Positions 24,550 to 39,062 of a stretch of 64,000 bases of DNA are shown piece by piece. The number at the start of each line of letters is the position of its first letter. Position 1 is the first letter of the stretch. Source of the stretch: Somniosus microcephalus (taxonomy: Eukaryota); assembly GCA_052327205.1 (NCBI GenBank), contig CM126214.1, positions 170,252,001 to 170,316,000 on the forward strand, written 5' to 3'. Below the pieces are notes generated by a model, which was given only the letters and a program-made list of their open reading frames with translations, made no database searches and was not told the origin of the DNA. Position numbers and translations under genes: made by a program.

Positions 24550-26945
24550 ATTGGACAGAAGAAGTAGGTAAAGGGGATAAGGGAATGGAGTTCCTACAAT
24601 GTGTACAGGACTCCTTTTTAACCCAATATGCAAAAAGCCCAACAAGGGAGGATACGCTATTGGATCTATTAATGGGGAATGAACCAGAGCAGATAAGAAA
24701 AGTAAAAGTAGGGGAACATCTAGGCAATAGTGACCTTAATATAATTGAGAAAGACATAAGTATGACAAAGACCAGGGTAACAGAGTGGAGAAAAGCTGAT
24801 TTTGAGGGTAAAATAAAATGGACAACAATATTAGCAAACAGTGACGTAGAACAGCAATGGGAAACACTTAAAACGGTGTTCAACAGAGTGCAGGAAAAAT
24901 ATATTCCACTGAAAAACAACAGCAAGCTAAACACTAATGAGATACCGTGGATGAATAAAGCCATAAGGGAAAAATGAGGGTAAGGAAAGAAGCATACATT
25001 AAGTACCTGGACAGCAGGGGAGAGCATGATAAGGGTGAATACAGAGAGATTAGGAGAGAAGTCCAAAAACAATTAGGAAGGCAAAGAGCAACTATGAAAT
25101 TTAATTATCAAGGAGCTTAAAACAAAATAGTAAAATATTTCACAGGCACGTAAATAAAAAATAAAAAAATGGTCAGGATGAGAATAGGGCCACTAAGGGA
25201 TAGACAGGATAATAGCACAGGTAGTGATAGAGAGATGGCAGAGATATTAAATAATTACTTTGCTTCAGTATTTACGAGAGAGATAGAACAGGTGGCGATG
25301 ACATCGGATGATGAGATTAGTAGAGATAACTGCATTTAAAATAAAAAGAGGAGAAATATTAAATAAACTAATCAAACTCCCAGAATAAAACCCTTGGTCC
25401 AGACGGATTACATCAGCGCATTTTAAAAGAATCTAAGGAAGAGATAGCAGAGACATTACTACAGATATTTATTAATTCATTGGAAAGAGGTGTAGTGCCA
25501 GAGAACTGGCAGATAGCTAACTTAATACTTATATTTAAAAAGGGAGGTAGAACATGTCCAGGGAACTATAGACCTGACAGCTTAACATCAGTGGTAGGAA
25601 AAATATTGGAATTCTTACTAAAGGAGAAAATGGAAGAACATCTAGAAACCAAAAATATAATGGTCAGCATTGATTTCAAAAGGGAAAGCCTTGGCTTGAC
25701 CAACCCAATTGAATTTTTGAAGAGGTAGCAGAGAGTAGACAAAGGTAATGCAGTAGATGTAATTTATCTAGATTTTCAAAAGGCCTTCGATAAGGTGCCC
25801 CATAATAGACTAATGAATAAGGTTAGGGAATGCCGAGTCAAGGGGCAAGTAGCAGAGTGGATAGCTAGCTGGCTTCAAGACCGAAAGCAGAGAGAGGGGT
25901 AAAGGGTAGCTCTTCAGAGTAGCAGAAGGTGGGAAGTGGTGTTCCACAAGGATCAGTGCTGTGACCACTGTTCACAATTTATATTATCGATTTAAACTTT
26001 GGAATAAACACAATTTCTAAATTTGCAGATGACACCAAATTATTGGGTGGGGGGGAAGTCGATACTGAGGAGGACTGCAACAAATTACAAGACATTGATA
26101 AACTTGCAGAATGGGCATATAATTGGCTAATGAAATTCAATGCAGATAAATGTGCGGTATTGAATTTTGGTAAGAAAAATAGGGGGGGTCACATATTACT
26201 TGGAAAATAAGAATTTAAATGGGGTAGAGGAGCAAAGGGATTTCTGGGAACAAATGCACAAATCACAAAGTATCGACACAGGTTAACAAGGCCATAAAAA
26301 AGGCAAACCAAGCACTAGGGGTGATTGCCAGAGGGATAGAATTGAAAAGTAGTGGAGTTATGCTAAACTTGTATTGAACCTTGGTTAGACCACACTTGGA
26401 GTACTGTGTACAATTCTGGTTGCCATATTATAAAAAGGATATAGAGGCACTGGAGAGGGTGCAGAGAAGATTTACAAGGATGGTACCAGAAATGCGAGGG
26501 TATACTTATCGGGAAAGAATGAACAGGCTGGGTCCCTTTTCTCTTGAAAAGAGAAGGCTGAGGGCTGACCTAATGGAGCTGTTTAAAATCATGAACGGTT
26601 TTGATAAAGTAGATCCAGAGAGTGTTTCCACTTGTGGGGAAGAGCAAAACTAGAGGCCATCAATATAAGATAGTTACCAAGAAATCAAATAGGAAATTCA
26701 GAAGAAACTCCTTTACCCAAAGAGTGGTGAGAATGTGGAACTCGCTACCACAGGGAGTAGTTGAAGTGAATAGTATAGATGCATTTAGGGAGAATAAACA
26801 TATTGGGGAGAAGGGAATAGAGGATTATGCTGATAGTTAGTTGAGGAAAGACTGGAGGAGGCTCGAGTGAGGCATAAATGCCAGCATTGACTGGTTGGGC
26901 CGATTGGCCTGTTTCTGTGCTGTATATCCTATGTAATTCTATGTC
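24550..26945 (+). mobile_element. Older CR1 LINE, most of ORF2 with frameshifts and stops, plus 3' tail
   Basis: FLTQYAKSPTRED.LLDL, GEHLGNSD, FKKGGR..PGNYRP.SLTSVVGK, YLDFQKAFDKVPH, RPHLEYCVQFW, GGGCCGATTGGCCTG and tail. Confidence 0.92.
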
Positions 26946-26949
26946 TTTG

Positions 26950-27590
26950 TGATGGAGAAGATTTGGGGCCAGAAGCTCAGCTCTGTTCAGGGTCAATAAG
27001 ATGTTGAGCTTGCAAACAATCTGGTTCATCCTGAGACAGTGGCCAAGGAGAAAGGTGGAATCGGTGGCAAGGGTGCAGAATTTCTGGCGGGGGGCCAAAA
27101 GCCAATGGCTTTGGTCTTCCTAGTGTTTAACTGGATGAAATTGTGGTGCATCCAAGACAAGCAGTCTGGCAGCACAGATGCAGTGGAGTGGTTGAGAGAG
27201 GTGGTGGAAAAGTAGAGATAAGTGTCATCCTCATACATGTGGAAGCTGACCTCATTTATGCAGATAATGTTGCCAAGGGGCAGCATGTAGGTGATCTTTG
27301 GGGGACTCTGGATGCCCTTTCTGGAAATGCTCTGGTTACGAGCTGATTGGTAAGAGAGAAGTCCCACTGATCTGAACAACGAAGGAGAGATGTTGAAGGA
27401 GGATGATGTGGTCGATCATGTCAAAGGCTGCAGAGAGATTGAGAAGGGATGATGCACCATCGTCATAAGCACATAGGATTTGGTTATGGCTGTTTTGGTG
27501 CTGTGGCAGTGAAAGAAACCGGATTGGAGAGATTCAAACATGGAGTTAGAAAAAACAGGCACGGATTTGGAAGGCAATGACCCATTCAAG
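26950..27590 (-). mobile_element. L2 LINE RT fragments
   Basis: YMLPLGNII...SFHMYEDDTYLYFS...WMHHNFIQLNTRKTKAI. Confidence 0.82.
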
Positions 27591-28201
27591 GATATAAAGA
27601 TATAGGCTAGTATCCCATGACAGAATTTTAAAATGTTGATGTTAGATTTCCTTTCAAAGAGCAGTGACTACCTTGGGTTCTGGTGGTTTACCATTTTAGA
27701 ATATATGTTGAAACCTATCTTCAACCTTCACTCTACAATTCAGAGTACCAGTTAGATGTTTTGTCTTTCTTTGGTCCAGAGTTCCCTTTTTTTCCCTTTT
27801 TGTTTCTCTTGGTTTTTGCTCTTCCTCTCTATATTTATCCATACAGAAATAACCCCCAATTTCTGAGAGGCTGAATAAAGTTGGGGAAGGTGCAAAATGC
27901 AACAAGCTTGAATCGGGGCCTGTTGATTATCACTTTTGACTTGGAAGGATCTTGATTATGCCTTCATCCCACACGGAAATCACCAATGATCTTTCCTTCC
28001 TGAAGGAAGCTTAACTTTTGTTTTACAAATGGTAGTGGTAATTAGCTGGTGCTAAAGTAATGTTCAACAGCATTAAATTCTCTGCTAGCAATCCAGCAAA
28101 GAGCAGCAGTGGGTGGGATAGCAGCTCCTTTTTTTAATTTGCCTATTTTTTGAAATGTATTAAGACTCCTACAGAAATGTATAAGGACTGCTTCAGAAAT
28201 A

Positions 28202-28360
28202 GGTGGGTAATTTTCACTCTGGGCATGGGTGGAAAACTAGTGGGGTTGGATCGACCACCCATTGTATACCATTCAATGGGAAATCAGGTGGGGTGTTTCA
28301 AGGGCGGCCGATCGGCAACCCACAGTTTTCTGCCCGTGTCCAAAATGAGAATTATCCCCC
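28202..28360. mobile_element. Short palindromic MITE (about 160 bp), Harbinger-like
   Basis: GGTGGGTAATTTTCACTCT ... AAAATGAGAATTATCCCCC; arms self-complementary around a CCATTCAATGG core. Confidence 0.7.
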
Positions 28361-28564
28361 TTGACTTCCTGCATGAATAAGGCAAAATATTGTTAAATTA
28401 TTAGAATGATAGCTTAGTGCATTGTTTGTTCAGGCTGTGCACTGTCTTAACTAATTGAAATACACAGAACTATGCCAGATGGGTTTACCATTTGTATGTT
28501 GCTGCATAATCCTTTAATGTCACACTGGATTAAATTTTGTTAAAATCCCAGTAGCAAAACAAAA

Positions 28565-29169
28565 GAGGAAGATTTTCACTTGCTGCACGAGGCAGAGACA
28601 GGGCGGCATCACCGTGTAACTCATGGGGGGGGGAATTTACGGCCCCATTCCCATTCTAGATCTAGTTGACGTCATCCTGAAAGGGGCCTGCCGCTGGGTG
28701 GCCAGAGCACTTGCCTGTTTCTGGCAATAGGCTCTTTTAATATGCAAATCGGGGTCCTGTAATGTAAATAGGATCTGGATTCCCATTTTGAAACGGTGAG
28801 CATGAGTCATATACACTCTGCCCAGATTTACACGGGGGTACAGGTGAAGGGGGCCAAATGCGTCAAGTTTAAAATTATTTTTGTGGGTCTAGAAGGAGCA
28901 CGATTACTCCACCGGGCACCATGGGAATAACGTGGGCTGCTATCACCCGGAAATACCTTTCCGCTGGCCAGGCTGGGCCGGCTTCTGGGTTGCCTGATAT
29001 TGCGCCAGCCCGCAGCTGACAGGCGACTGAAGAGCATCCTATGGTGCCCGCAGCCCGCCAGCAGAATGGTAATGTGACCTGGCCTTCAAAATAGACCTTC
29101 TGCTGACACTATCGGGTACCTACCCAGCTCACACTGCCGGTTGGCCATCTGATAGTGAAGATCTACTTC
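28565..29169. mobile_element. PIF/Harbinger-like MITE
   Basis: TIR GAGGAAGATTTTCACT ... AGTGAAGATCTACTTC with AAA on both flanks; contains octamer ATGCAAAT (28742) and TGACGTCA. Confidence 0.65.
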
Positions 29170-29372
29170 AAAGTGTTTTGAGCCATCATAATTCTATCTT
29201 TGAAAAGAATTTTAAAAGAACCAAATCCTATTATTAATAAATAGTGGAAGTTATGGTTACTAAAAGGGACTATAGCAATGAGGCAGATACTGCACCCATA
29301 CAATGAAAAATCAGGCAAGGAAGGGTTATCATTTAAAGACTGAAATTTTGTTAAATGCTATTCTGTTAATAA

Positions 29373-29633
<261 letters not shown>

Positions 29634-30582
29634 TAACTTCTACTCTTCCTAAAGGTTTGTCTCAGAAAGCCAATGTATAAACCCCGTTTTTATTTGTGTT
29701 CTGTTTATTTAATGACCTTATTGTTAGAACTGATCTTTCAAAAGAGCTTTCCTACATAACAAGTGTAAGGCTTAATTTTCAAAGCAATTATGTAGGATAT
29801 GCATATCTGGGGTCTTGACATGTGTAATAGAATCATAAATTGATACAGCACAGAAGGAGACCATTCACCCATCATTCCTGTGCTGGCTCTTTGGTAGAGT
29901 TATCCAGTTAGCTCCACTCCCCTGCTCTTTCCCCATAGCCCTGCACATTTTATCCCTTCAAGTATTTATCCAATTCCCTTTTGAAATTTTTTTGGGTTGA
30001 TGAGGACAATGCAGTTGACATGGTGTATATGGACTTCCAAAAGGTGTTTGATAAAGTGCCAGCAAAGTTGAAGCCCATGGAATAAAAGGGACAGTGGCAG
30101 CATGGATACGAAATTGGCTAAGTGACAGGAAACAGAGAGTAGTGGTGGATGGCTGTTTATCGGACTGGAGGAAGGTACACAGTGGTGTTCCCCAGGGGTT
30201 TCTTGATGTATGTTAATGACTTGGACTTGGAAGTACAGGGCACAATTTCAAAATTTGCAGATGACACAAAACTTGGAAGTATAGTGAACAGTGAGGAGGA
30301 TAGTGATAGACTTCAAGAAGACATAGACAGGCTGGTGGAATGGGCGGACACGTGGCAGATGAAATTTAACACAGAAAAGTTCGAAGTGATGCATTTTGGT
30401 AGGAATAACGAGAAGCGGCAATATAAACTAAAGGGGGTGCATGACCAGAGAGACCTGGGGGTATATGTGCACAAATCGTTGAAGGTGTCAGGGCAGGTTG
30501 AGAAAGCGGTTAAAAAAGCATACGGGATACTGGACTTCATAAATACAGACACAGAGCACAAAAGCAAGGATGTTGTGATGAA

Positions 30583-30939
30583 ATAAAAACAGAAAATGCT
30601 GGAGTTACTCAGCAGGTCAGGCAGCATCTGTGAAGAGAGAAACAGAGTTAACGTTTCAGGTCGATGACCTTTCGTCAGAACTGGAAAAAAGCAGGAAATG
30701 GAACAGATTTTTAAGCAAGTGTAGGGGCTGGGAAATGGGGGAGGGGATGAAAGAATAAAAGGGAAGGTCTGTGATAATATAGAAGGCAGGAGAGATTAAG
30801 ATATTCAAGGCAAAAGGGGATGGTAATGGGACAGGTTAAGAAACAAAGGATGGCTCTAGATGAAGTGTAAATTGCGCTGGCAGAATGAAAGACAGCTGCC
30901 ATGTGGGGGAGAAGAACAGAAGGCACAAACAAAAAGTGT
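30583..30939 (-). mobile_element. Penelope-like element 3' fragment inserted in CR1 RT
   Basis: PLE tail; 15-bp TSD GGATGTT(G/A)TGATGAA at 30568-30582 and 30940-30954; CR1 peptide SKDVVMK resumes as DVMMNL. Confidence 0.88.
30646..30682 (-). ncRNA. Minimal type I hammerhead ribozyme motif (PLE-associated)
   Basis: Minus strand reads AGUU-CUGACGA-A-AGGUC(AUC)GACCU-GAAAC-GUU-AACU; core boxes intact. Confidence 0.75.
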
Positions 30940-31975
30940 GGATGTTATGATGAACCTCAATAAAACACTGGTTCGGCCTCAACTGGAGTATTGTGTCCAC
31001 TTCTGGGCACCACACTTTAGGAAGGATGTAAAGGCCTTGCAGAGGGTGCAGAAAAGATTTATGAGAATGATTCCAGGGATGAGGGACTTAAGTTAAGTGG
31101 ATAGACTAGAGAGACTGGGGGGGGGGGGGTGCTCTCCTTAGAGCAGAGAGGTTTGAGAGGAGATTTGATAGAGGTGTTCAAAATCATGAGGGGTCTGGAC
31201 AGAGTAGATGGAGAGAAACTGTTCCCATTGGCGGAAGGGTTGAGAACCAGAGGACACAGATTCAAGGTGATTGGCAAAACAACCAAAGGCGACATGAGGA
31301 AAAACTTTTTAATGCAGCGAGTGGTTAGGAATGCACTGCGTGAAAGGGTGGTGGAGGCAGACTCGATCATGGCTTTCAAAAGGGAATTGGATAAGTAACT
31401 GAAGGAAAAAAAAATTGCAGGGCTACGGGGAAAGGGCGGTGGAATGAAACTAGCTGATGTGCTATTGCAGAGAGCCAACACTGGCTCGATGGGCTGAATT
31501 GCCTCCTTCTGTGCTGTAACCATTCTATGAAAGTTACTGTTGAATCTGCTTCCACCACCCTTTCAGGCCGTGCATTCTAATCTGTTTTCATAGGTATCTG
31601 AGACACACTGGCGATTTCAATGGCAAAATCAGATTGCACTGATGCCATTCTCCTTCCCCTCATCCCCATGCCTGATGTTCAACACAGTCCCTGGGCCAAG
31701 TACATGCAGGGGACTTATTTCTAGACACTTGATGCTGGGGTTTTTAGAACATGCTCTTCTCATTGAGATTGGGAACTTGTCATCTGGCAGTATTAGGATG
31801 AACCCTTAATGTACTACTCCATGGCATGAAACATTGACAAATCAGCTCCTAGTAGTACCTGTATCTCATACAGATACAATGCTAAATTCTATTTAGTACG
31901 TATCAAAGCAAAAAAAATGCGTGTGCTCTGAATCTCAAAAAACTGATGTGTTTAGCCATGCTACAAATCTCAACA

Positions 31976-32738
31976 AAACCAAAATACTGCAGATGCTGGA
32001 AATCTGAAATAAAAACAGAAAATACTGCAGGTCGGGCGGCATCTGTGGAGAAAGAAACAGAGTTAACATTTCAGGTCAATGACCTTGCATCAGAACTGGA
32101 AAAAGTTAGAGATGGAACAGATTTTAAGCAAGTGTAAGGGCAGGGAAAGGGGGGGGTGGGGAGGGGAGAGGAAGAAAGAACTAAAGGGAAAGGGTTGAGA
32201 TAGGCTGGAAGGCAGGAGAGATTAAATAACAAAAGGTATGATCGTACAAAGCAAAAGGAGATGGCAATGGGACAAGTAAAGAAACAAAAAGATGGGTATA
32301 ACAGAATCCTCAACAGCAACCAATAGGAAAAAATAGGGCAGAGGTTATGGACTGAAATTTTTGAACTCTGTTATGCCCAGAAGCCAGTAAAGTGCCTAAT
32401 CGAAAGATGAGGTGCTGTTCCTCGAGGTTACGTTGAGCTTCGTTGGAATGGTGCAAGAAGCTGAGGACAGAGAGGTGGGAGTGGGGTGAAGAATTAAAGA
32501 GGCGACTGGAAGCTCAGGGGTCACGCTTGTGGACTGAACGGAGGTGTTCCGCAAAGCGGTAACCCAATCTGCATTTGGTCTCCCCACTGTCGAGGAGACC
32601 GCATCGTGAGTAGCGAGTACAGTATACTAAATTGCAAGAAGTACAATGAAATCGTCGTTTCACCTGGAAAGAGTATTTGGGGCCTTGGACGATGGGAAGG
32701 GAGGAGGTAAAAGGGCAGGTGTTGCATCTTACAGGTGT
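31976..32738 (-). mobile_element. Penelope-like element: degenerate GIY-YIG endonuclease C-terminus plus pLTR
   Basis: FQVKRRFHCTSCNLVYCTRYSRCGLLDSGETKCRLGYRFAEHLRSV and LIFRLGTL; 14-bp TSD TAC(A/T)AATCTCAACA at 31962-31975 and 32739-32752; degenerate hammerhead at 32061-32097. Confidence 0.9.
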
Positions 32739-33804
32739 TACTAATCTCAACATCTGTTTGCTACCGAGTCTTTTGTGCACTGCAGCAACAGTGAGCGGAT
32801 GGTAGCTGTTACATTGCACCTAAGCAAGACCTAACATTAACAGGTCTCGGCATTTCCAAGGAATCCAACTGGTGTTGCGATCTGGAATGCTGAAAGACGC
32901 TTTTATTTCCTCCGTTCTGTTTTGGCCTGTTGACCTGACATTGAGCCTCCAAACTCTCTCCTAGCTACTGTGTGTCTCTCTCTTCTGACTGCCCCATGTC
33001 TCTCTTGCCCAATGTATCTCATGTCAAACATTGATGAACCCTGCTACTCTTAATCTTGCAGGATAGTCAGGGAATACTCTTGGAAGGTAGTGTTGCACTA
33101 ACCTCTTATATACTCTGAAATTGGTTTCCTATTACTGTAGGTAATAGTTCAGTTTGACAGCGTAAAAATGACTCAATTGCTTTATCTCAGTATCAGGCAT
33201 GAGAAGCCTTTAGCACTGAGCAATCGAAAGGCAAATGTGGAAGAAAGACTGTTCAGCCTTACGCCTAAGGCACTAACATCAGTACAGTATTTCATTTCTA
33301 GGTGACAGCTGACTAAAATAAAACAAGCTTACTATGACCTTGGTGGATCAGATGTTCAAATAATTTCTTACACTTTGCGATTGTTTTTGATAAATTGTTC
33401 CCCTCAACTGTAGGAAATTATCCCTAAGGTTGTAATACAAAGTGTAAAACCATTCCCTTCCAAGGCCCTAAAAAATCCTGCACTGACATGAAATCACACC
33501 ATTAGTACATTTTTCATTTCATTTTCCAATTAATATTTTATGGATGAGACCAGACTACAGCCAAATTAAACAGATAAACAGTGCCTCGAGGGCCTGCTAT
33601 TGACACATTGTTAAAGTCAAGTTCCACCCATTATTTTATTAAAATGTGCCACATTTTGATTGAATTGTTATATTTCAGCATGATTTCACTAGCTAGGATC
33701 TAGTGAACTGTTGCTGCATTCCAAAAGATGCATTATTTTGTGTCAAAACAATGGTGTTTGTAAAATGTAGCGTTGGTTATAGTTCTATTAAAAGCAGACA
33801 CAAT

Positions 33805-34412
33805 GGCCTAGAAATTTGATAGTGCACCTATGCATCCAATATGGCGAGCAGGCCATTACGCGCTGGAAGTGTGCTGCCTGCCATATTGGTAAAGTCAGAA
33901 AAAGAGGCGTCCAGGATCCACGCCTGAAACCCCCATTGGGCCCTTTGCATAAACACATTATTTGTGGTGTTCTGATTATTTAATGATCTTGTCATTATCG
34001 AGCTGGCTGCGTTCGGGAAAATCAGGTCAACATGTGACCTAACCAGTGTTCATCAAAGGGGCTGCTGGCGGCTGCTGCCAAAAAGTACGTTTGTAAAATA
34101 AAAATTACTTCGCCGAACGTGGAGCCCCCCCCCCCCCCCACCTTCTCCTTATCTCTTGTCCCCGCTGTTCCAGCCACCCCCATAATCATTTCTCTCCCCC
34201 TCTCCTAGGATCTTCAAGCAATGCAGTGGCCTGAAATTGAAATCCACTTCACCAGCGAGCTGCCTGGGGCTGCCCGGCAGGTGCCTGCAGCCCGCTGGTA
34301 TTGTTTAAATCTCATGTAAACGAGGCCCAAGGCCCAATATCGAGTAGGCCTTGGGATCATTCCCCTGTGCCCAGTTCGCGCCAGCAGGCCGTCACAGACC
34401 AGTTTCTAGGCC
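33805..34412. mobile_element. PIF/Harbinger-like MITE ending about 140 nt before the FERM-C exon
   Basis: TIR GGCCTAGAAATTTG ... CCAGTTTCTAGGCC; flanks AAT/GAT. Confidence 0.72.
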
Positions 34413-34480
34413 GATCAATGTTCAAACTGTAAATAGAATTGAAATGTTAGCTGAAGAGCTTCCACAAGTGACATTATTGA

Positions 34481-34723
<243 letters not shown>

Positions 34724-35559
34724 TAACTACCCGATCGTACTTTAATGGGTCTTGGGAACCATACACAAAGAAAGTACCAGGAAGCACTCGGTTTCAATAA
34801 TAATAAAAACATCATGTGGCAGAAAGGCCGGTCAATAGAATGGAAAGTTTGGATGCCAGTCACACTCCATGTAAAGAATAGGATGTTTCCACTCCGTCTT
34901 ATATGGGGAAAACCTCTACCAGCTTTTTAATGGCTTTTATTGGATCGGCATCCTGTGCACAATAAGTTCCCTGAACCCATTCCAGTAAACTTTTCTCTGC
35001 TTTTTATAAAAAAAAGTTAACCCTTGTTCTGGTACTTTTTTTTTGAAAAAGCAATCACTGTTTTTCTCCATCTTTTATTTAAAAAAAAAAAAAAAATTGC
35101 ACCTATGGTTCCGTTTTATTCTAACAGCCCCTGTTCTCCTACCTAATTCTCATACCCCCAAATGTGTTGCGTTTTTTTAAAATGCGCCCCCTTGTCCTTT
35201 TTTTCTTTTAAAAAAAAAAAAATACTGTACTATTGTTGCACTACTTTTTCAATAAATAATGCCTGTTTGCTCATTTTTTAATTGCCCTGGTTGTGTTGCT
35301 TTTTCTTAACACTCCAACTGCGGCTTTTCCACTAATCGCCTCCATTCTGCTCCCGTTTCCATAGCTCCAGCTCTGCTGCCTTTTATTTATATAAAAAAAA
35401 AAGCCTGATTCTGGTGATTTTTTTTTTTTTTAATTGCCCTGGTTGTATTATCTTCCCAGCAAAAAATTAAACCCCTTAATATCCTCAACAAAAAATTTGG
35501 GGGTAAAATTTCCACGGGCGTTCTCTGATCTTCCCATTTCTGCAGGGTTTCCAGGAACA

Positions 35560-36120
35560 CACAAAACATAGGAGCAGGAGTAGACTATTCAGCCTTGTAA
35601 TACCCTTGTATAATAAAAATCTGTCGATCTCAATCTTGAAAATGTCAATTGGCCCAGCATCCACAGCCTTTTATGGGAGAAAATGTAAGATTTCCATTAT
35701 CCTTTGTGTGACAAAAGAGCTTCTTGATTTCACTCCTGGCTAGGGGATCATTTGAATAGTAGAGTCTCGAGGTAACAAAAGCATGAATGAGGGTTTCTGC
35801 AGCAGAGGAGCTGAGGCAGGGGAATAGACAGGCGATATTCGAGGTGGCAATAGGCGGTCTTTATGATTGATTGTATATGGGATCAGAAGCTCAGCTCGTG
35901 GTCAAATATAGTGTCGAGGTTTGGAAGTCTGAGACGAGGGTAGAAGCAGGCAGTGTTACAGAGGTGGATGCAGGCAGTCTTGTGATGAAGAGGATATGGG
36001 GTTAGAAGCTCTGCTCGGGATCGAATTGGACAGCAGTCAAGAACAGTCTGGTTCAGATGGAGACCGTGGTCAGGTAGGGGGATGGAATCGGTGGCTAGAG
36101 AATGGAGTTTGTGGCAGACT
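35560..36120 (-). mobile_element. CR1 3' end followed by L2 RT-region fragments
   Basis: ACATAGGAGCAGGAGTAG.CTATTCAGCC tail; GAATAGTAGAGTCTCGAGGTAACAAAAGCATGAATGAGGGTTTC (LIHAFVTSRL on minus strand). Confidence 0.72.
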
Positions 36121-37944
36121 GCAATCAGGAGTGGGAGCCCGGGAGAATATCCCCTTCCCTATCCCAGGGGTACTGCAGTGAACTGTAGCAATCCTCCGGT
36201 TACCCTGAAATCGGTTACCTGAACAGACCTAAGGATTGAACCTGGGACCTTGCTGGTCTATATGGAAAAATATATTTTTGTCATTTCAGCTCATCATTAA
36301 ATGCTGCATCCAGTAGAGGATATAGTATAGTATGGTATCCTAAACAGTTCCTCTGAAGACTGATGATCATTAATCTTAATTAACTTGACGTTCAGTGAGG
36401 AAATAATTTTCCCAGAACACATTTTGATTCATGCAGTCAATTAGGCTCTTTACCAGTGTACACAATTGTGAGGAGATGGTTAAAAATAGTTACCTACAAA
36501 GCACAATAATCATGTATGCATAAATTACAGTTAACCCAAACCTTTTCCCAAGCAGACAGCCGGTGACCTCTACTGGTGACATGACTGATGAGCAATGGGT
36601 ACACCCTTTGCAGTTATCACCCACATATATTTCCAGTGATAGGTATAGAAGAGTAGCTGGTCTACAAACCTGTTTGACACTGTACTCTGCAGATTGAAGG
36701 AATCACTCGGGGCATCTGATTATTGTAAAGCAGAGTTGTATAAATTCTCCGATCTTATCGTTTTGAATGTTTTGCAATATTCTCAGTTTTGACAGCACAT
36801 TGCTGTAATCCTTCCAGTTTTGTTTTGACAGATGATGCTTGCCAGTTTTATAATTCCTATAATTAGCCATTTGTGTATAAGGAATAAAGTGGAAATATTT
36901 GAGTTTGACATTGTTGCTTTATTGAATGGCATACTGTACTTCTAAAGGCTCCAGTCATGAATGCATAGAAGTGGGAAGACATTGTTCATGAGCTTGTGTT
37001 TGGGGTGGCGCTGCCTTGCGGTGTTATTCAGCAGAGTTTGCCTCGTGTGTTGGCACCAGTAGTAAAGCTTTCCACAGCACTGTGCAGCACGGTTTACATT
37101 CTGCTCCGCAACACTGAGCACTGTTGCGCACTGCTAAACAACAAATATAAATGCTCTTCGCACTTGTGAATTACATTTTATATCTGTGCACCGAATGGTT
37201 GCAGAGCAGCACGAAAAAGGAGCAGCAATTGGCACCAAGGTAGCTGGGCCCACTGTGGTTAGAGGTCTGTATTCCCCACAGATGTTCTGCTCAATGTATT
37301 TTGTTGAAATGAAGCATGGCAGTGTGACATTTGTACATTTATGGGTGGTGTGACTTGGTATCTGCGTGCCCTCCTTTGAAAACAAATGAAGGCAGTGCCT
37401 CAGGTGCTGCACGAGTACCCGCTGTGATGTCTTCACAGGAGTGTGGTATGTTGTTTGTGTCCCCCCAATACTGGGAGCAAAGAATCCACTGCAACTTTTG
37501 AAATTTCCACCGCAGAAACAAAGCACAGCTTGTCTTTTATGGTGTTACAAGAGCAGTAACATTCAGCTAAGACATCTTTCAAAAATTCAGCCCTCCATAT
37601 TCATTTCCTTTCTCCGCTTCTGGAACTTTGTGTGCCTAAAATATAATAAAAACTGTTTTTGGAAAAAAACAATATTACAAGTTGAAAGTCAGTGATCTGA
37701 TTCTGTGTTTGGATGATGATTTCTATATTTATAGTATGATACGTTTGAAATCCCCACATTGCTGGCCTCTACTATTCGCACTGGTTTCCTGCCAATTACT
37801 ATGTGATTAAAACCCAACATAAGCAGCAGCACTAGCCTTTGCACATTTGAAGTCTTAAAAATTGTAAAATGGAAATCCTGGATTAAGCTATTTTTAAGTA
37901 TGTGCCATCCCAGTGTTTCATCTTGTTCAGTACGGATCTGATTT

Positions 37945-38405
37945 TTCTTTTGGTCTTTTTATTCTTGAGATTTGGGTGACACTGGCAAGGTAGCATTTAT
38001 TGTCCATCCCTTGTTGTCCTGAGGGGATTAAGAGTCAGCTACACAGTATGGACTTTATATATGTGAGTGTCGCTGTCGTGGCTGGCGTTTATTGCCCATC
38101 CCGAGTTGACCTGAGAAAGTTGTGACTGGCCACATCAGAGTGAAGTTGTGAGTCAACTACGTTGGTGTGGGACTGGAGTCACATTTAGGTCAGACCGGGT
38201 AAAGGTGGTAGGTTTTCATCCCTGAAAGTCATTAATGAACTAGTTTGGGTTTTTACAATAATCTGGCAGATTTCATGCTAACCTTTTTTTAATGCCGGCC
38301 CATAACCTGCCAAATTTATTGAATTTAGTTTTCTAACTCGCCGTGGTGAGTTTTAAGATATGACCTTTGCGTTGTTAGTCCAGTACTTTAACCAGAAAAC
38401 TACCA
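37945..38405 (-). mobile_element. Degenerate SINE/LINE-tail elements sharing the GGGCAATAAATGC 3' end
   Basis: Two GCATTTATTG(T/C)CCATCCC-like tails plus body GGGACTGGAGTCACAT.TAGG.CAGACCGGGTAAAGG. Confidence 0.55.
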
Positions 38406-39062
38406 TACTTTTGGTCTGTGCTCAACTCTTGTGGATGACGCCTATACCACAGAGCCTGCTGAGATTTTAAAAAAAAAATTATTTAAAGGGCTTTATTGCC
38501 TTGTTTGGGAATTTTCAGGCAGGCTCAGTTCCTGTTCCAGAACCTCTGTGTAGGAGCTGGTGTGTTGAAGGGAAAGAAGGTTTGTGTTTGCAGCAGATGA
38601 GATCACTGGTGTAGATCAGATTTCTGTGATGTGATGTGGTCTTTGTGAAGCTGTCTTAGTTTCAGATGGTTGTAATATTTTTCATGTGCCAGTTGTGGAT
38701 GCAACTTACATGATCGCGCCATTGAGATCGCAAATACCACATAAAAAGCTTCATAAACAATGATATCCTTTTCAATTACCACAATTAATAATTCAATTAG
38801 CACTAACCGGTAACAAATGTAATGAAAACTAAACAGGAATGCTATTTGTGCATTAAAGAATATTTCACTGTGCATTACGCGCTGAAAAACCAGGTGCTAA
38901 ATTATGCCTTTTCTTCTAGTGTGCTCCTTGCATTTCTGTCAGACTGCCAGCTGATGACTTTTTTTTTTAAAAACAGTATGATCATCATTCAAACATGGAT
39001 GTCACTATGATGAAAGAGCTTTTGTTCCGTGTCTCTTCCCGCTCCTGCACTGTTACCCCTGG

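Larger units (their letters stand above)
29830..31580. mobile_element. Nested CR1s: a minus-strand CR1 3' end (29830-29985 and 31527-31580) interrupted by a plus-strand CR1 RT/3' copy (about 29995-31527)
   Basis: Plus copy has YMDFQKVFDKVP, ISKFADDTKL, RPQLEYCVHFW and tail; host sequence CCAATTCCCTTTTGAAA|GTTACTGTTGAATCTGCTTCC rejoins across it. Confidence 0.85.
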
